From IMG/VR virus record IMGVR_UViG_3300046008_000242, positions 121,363-185,362 of that record: a stretch of 64,000 nucleotides of DNA; one strand, given 5' to 3'. The stretch is from a virus (lineage: Duplodnaviria; Heunggongvirae; Uroviricota; Caudoviricetes). The position numbers and the translations under genes are program-made. The number at the start of each line of letters is the position of its first letter. Within the stretch, counting starts at the first letter, position 1. The notes below the pieces were generated by a model. It had not been told where the DNA came from. It did no database searches and saw only the letters and a list, made by a program, of their open reading frames with translations. This document shows positions 61,934 to 64,000 of the stretch, piece by piece.

Positions 61934-63298
61934 TTATCCCATTAGATCTTCTAATGTTGATGCTTCAAATAAATCTTTCAAGTCTTGGTGATAATCATCC
62001 ATCCATTGGCGACCTTTCTCGTGTTCCAACAGAAAATCATACCATTCTTTAGATTCCCACATACCAGCAACAACCCCATTGAAGTATTCATGCCATTTTG
62101 GATGATTTTTGTTTAATCTATTCCTCTCAACAAACGAACGTCTATAATCTTCATATTCCTTTGTTCCTAAATCTAACATACCATCTCTAAAATACGACAC
62201 AACGCTAATTCTATGTGCATCTGGATCATTTTTGGTGATTTTAGTGTTACCATGAATGATTTTAGCATTTTCTACAATCAACAAATCTCCAGGCCTAACA
62301 TTGACCGCAATTCTGTATTCAGGAAATGTTAAGTATCCACCAGAGTAATTATCATTATCTGATAATACCAATAGATTGGAAATAGAATCTCGAAGGTTGG
62401 AAAAGTCGCGATGACATGCAGTAGTCCATGTATTATTCACAGTTAAGGTGGTGAACACTGTCTCAGGAATCAAAAATTCTGGATCTATCTTATCAGCCGC
62501 ATCTTTTTGTAATTGCCATCTTCTTGGCATTAATTCTTTAAAACCGCGATTAAGCGATTGGATAAATGGATAACATTTCTTAAATTTCTCGTAATTATGT
62601 TCAGTGTATGCGGTTGCTCTACCATAAGGTTGTCTTGGATATCTAGTCCAACCATTCCCAGCGATCCCACTCATAGCAGGAACTGCCATGGATGTTCCAG
62701 ATACATGTTTCTTATGAATTCGGATAGCTTCAGCCTGAGCTTCTTCTCTGGTCATCTTAGATAACGCATCAACCCATCCTTCAAAATCAAACATTTCCTC
62801 GCCATATAGAACCCATACAACACCTTTTGTTACAGTTAAATCATCTTTACGTTTGCGTAATTCAGATAATGTATCGTCATCGTATAATGAATCTAATGGG
62901 TTCATGAAATGGTCAAAGATAGCTCGTTGGTAATCTGATACATAATTACGTTTGGCATCTTTGTTGTTAGATTTATCACGTTCCAAGTAATTACCAGCAG
63001 CGATTCCTCTATTGTTTGAGATTGATGCAGCATCCTTCAATCCTTCTAATGCCATATCTTGTTCTTCTTTGGTGAAGAAGTTCTTACGGAACTTGAATGC
63101 CACCTTGAATTCATCTAATCCCTTATCGCATGCGTTACATTCAGATACACAATCAATTTTGGTCTGTAGATCACAAACTGGAACCGTATATACGTCCGTA
63201 TCTGATTCAATCAAAACATCGTAGAATGAATCGTCTACGAATGTTCCAAGTAGATGTTCGCAATCTAGTTTTTCTTTGGCTACAATAATTTGAACCAT
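61934..63298 (-). CDS. TET/JBP-family 2OG-Fe(II) dioxygenase, copy 2
   Basis: 'VFTTLTVN..W.T.CHRD', 'GGYLTFPEYRIAVNVRPGD', 'IIHGNT', 'RISVVSYFR'; colinear with copy 1. Confidence 0.75.
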   Translation of the reverse strand: MVQIIVAKEKLDCEHLLGTFVDDSFYDVLIESDTDVYTVPVCDLQTKIDCVSECNACDKGLDEFKVAFKFRKNFFTKEEQDMALEGLKDAASISNNRGIAAGNYLERDKSNNKDAKRNYVSDYQRAIFDHFMNPLDSLYDDDTLSELRKRKDDLTVTKGVVWVLYGEEMFDFEGWVDALSKMTREEAQAEAIRIHKKHVSGTSMAVPAMSGIAGNGWTRYPRQPYGRATAYTEHNYEKFKKCYPFIQSLNRGFKELMPRRWQLQKDAADKIDPEFLIPETVFTTLTVNNTWTTACHRDFSNLRDSISNLLVLSDNDNYSGGYLTFPEYRIAVNVRPGDLLIVENAKIIHGNTKITKNDPDAHRISVVSYFRDGMLDLGTKEYEDYRRSFVERNRLNKNHPKWHEYFNGVVAGMWESKEWYDFLLEHEKGRQWMDDYHQDLKDLFEASTLEDLMG

Positions 63299-63301
63299 AT
63301 T

Positions 63302-63829
63302 TTATCCTTGTCTGTATGAAGATGATTTAAAGAATTCCCGATTAGTCATTTGTCGATTATAAGGAATTACATCAACTGTTGAATTTCTATCCGTAACAGG
63401 AACATTTGTCATTGGAATAATTTTAGATAGATCTGGATGGAATACCGATCTATCCATTTTAACTTTCTCAGACCATATTGTGTTGTTTGGTTGAATCGTA
63501 TTTTCATTGTCAGGAACATCATTAAAATCGATAATCTTTAACTTACCATCAAATGTTCCTCTATCATTAGATATTTCAGTTTCCTGTTTATATCGTTCCC
63601 ATAATTGAGTTGTAATGGTTTCATTTAACGTAGCAGAAATACATGAACCTGATACATGACATCTATATTTCATGTTTGGATCTGTTATATCCAAATTAAA
63701 GTAACCACAATTCTTACAGGATTCTTTGATATTCAACAATTCAAGATGTTTGGAAATAGATTTATTATATTTGTCTTGGATTGTAATTAATTGTTCTTTA
63801 AATGGTATCATAAGATTCCTAGAATACAA
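63302..63829 (-). CDS. Hypothetical protein with a Cys cluster (CxxC...C...C)
   Basis: 175 aa between gp41 and the dioxygenase. Confidence 0.55.
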   Translation of the reverse strand: MYSRNLMIPFKEQLITIQDKYNKSISKHLELLNIKESCKNCGYFNLDITDPNMKYRCHVSGSCISATLNETITTQLWERYKQETEISNDRGTFDGKLKIIDFNDVPDNENTIQPNNTIWSEKVKMDRSVFHPDLSKIIPMTNVPVTDRNSTVDVIPYNRQMTNREFFKSSSYRQG

Positions 63830-64000
63830 AATCAGAAGTGGTAACTTGTTTGGTTTTATTTAGAGTTGACATCGGATTATCTTTGAATGGGGTGTAATCA
63901 ACTGAACCCTTACCAGAAATGTTTGTCTGAGCTGAATCCTCTAAATCAAATAATCTCATCTTAGAACGATCGATGCCAACGGTGAATCTTTTATAGTAAT
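63819..64000 (-). CDS. gp41: 3' end of replicative helicase gp41 (partial)
   Basis: Manual translation 'YYKRFTVGIDRSKMRLFDLEDSAQ' matches the T4-like gp41 C-terminus. Confidence 0.75.
   Translation of the reverse strand, partial: YYKRFTVGIDRSKMRLFDLEDSAQTNISGKGSVDYTPFKDNPMSTLNKTKQVTTSDFVF

Noticed and set aside
1-64000. tRNA/rRNA genes, diversity-generating retroelement, group I intron or intein
   Set aside because: No cloverleaf/T-loop signature, reverse transcriptase, adenine-specific TR/VR pair or in-frame insertion in core genes was seen by eye; tRNAscan-SE/Infernal would be needed to exclude them formally.

Overview
A 64-kb AT-rich segment of a T4-like (gp32/gp55/gp46/gp47-type) myovirus genome. 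Core modules: baseplate, tail and packaging genes (split gp5, gp27-like, gp53, gp48, gp4, gp2, gp54-like, gp16, gp26, gp51, gp29-like) at 24.7-37.8 kb. Replication and late-transcription genes (gp32, gp59, gp33, gp46, gp47, gp55, gp30 ligase, 3' end of gp41) at 41-64 kb. Accessory content: two visibly GC-richer blocks of tail-associated SGNH-hydrolase genes sharing a 5' end, RecQ, a CX5R phosphatase, a HAD nucleotidase, an ADP-ribosylglycohydrolase, a late-promoter PEP-CTERM protein, and a DNA-hypermodification cluster (two TET/JBP dioxygenases, a class II amidotransferase, and an aGPT-PPlase2/ADDT-like transferase). The most unusual structure is non-coding: two arrays in opposite orientation (15.6-17.4 kb, 54.1-56.2 kb), each with four ~440-550 bp mosaic cassettes. 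Each cassette has a ~105-bp inverted-repeat-bounded element, a run of TCGA boxes spaced at multiples of ~10 bp, a sigma70-type promoter with an exact 17-bp spacer, a conserved leader and an AT-rich segment. In six of eight units an intrinsic terminator follows. Most cassettes are ORF-free; two carry small ORFs. Many accessory genes show single-base homopolymer frameshifts, most likely assembly errors. All family assignments are by motif recognition, not database search.
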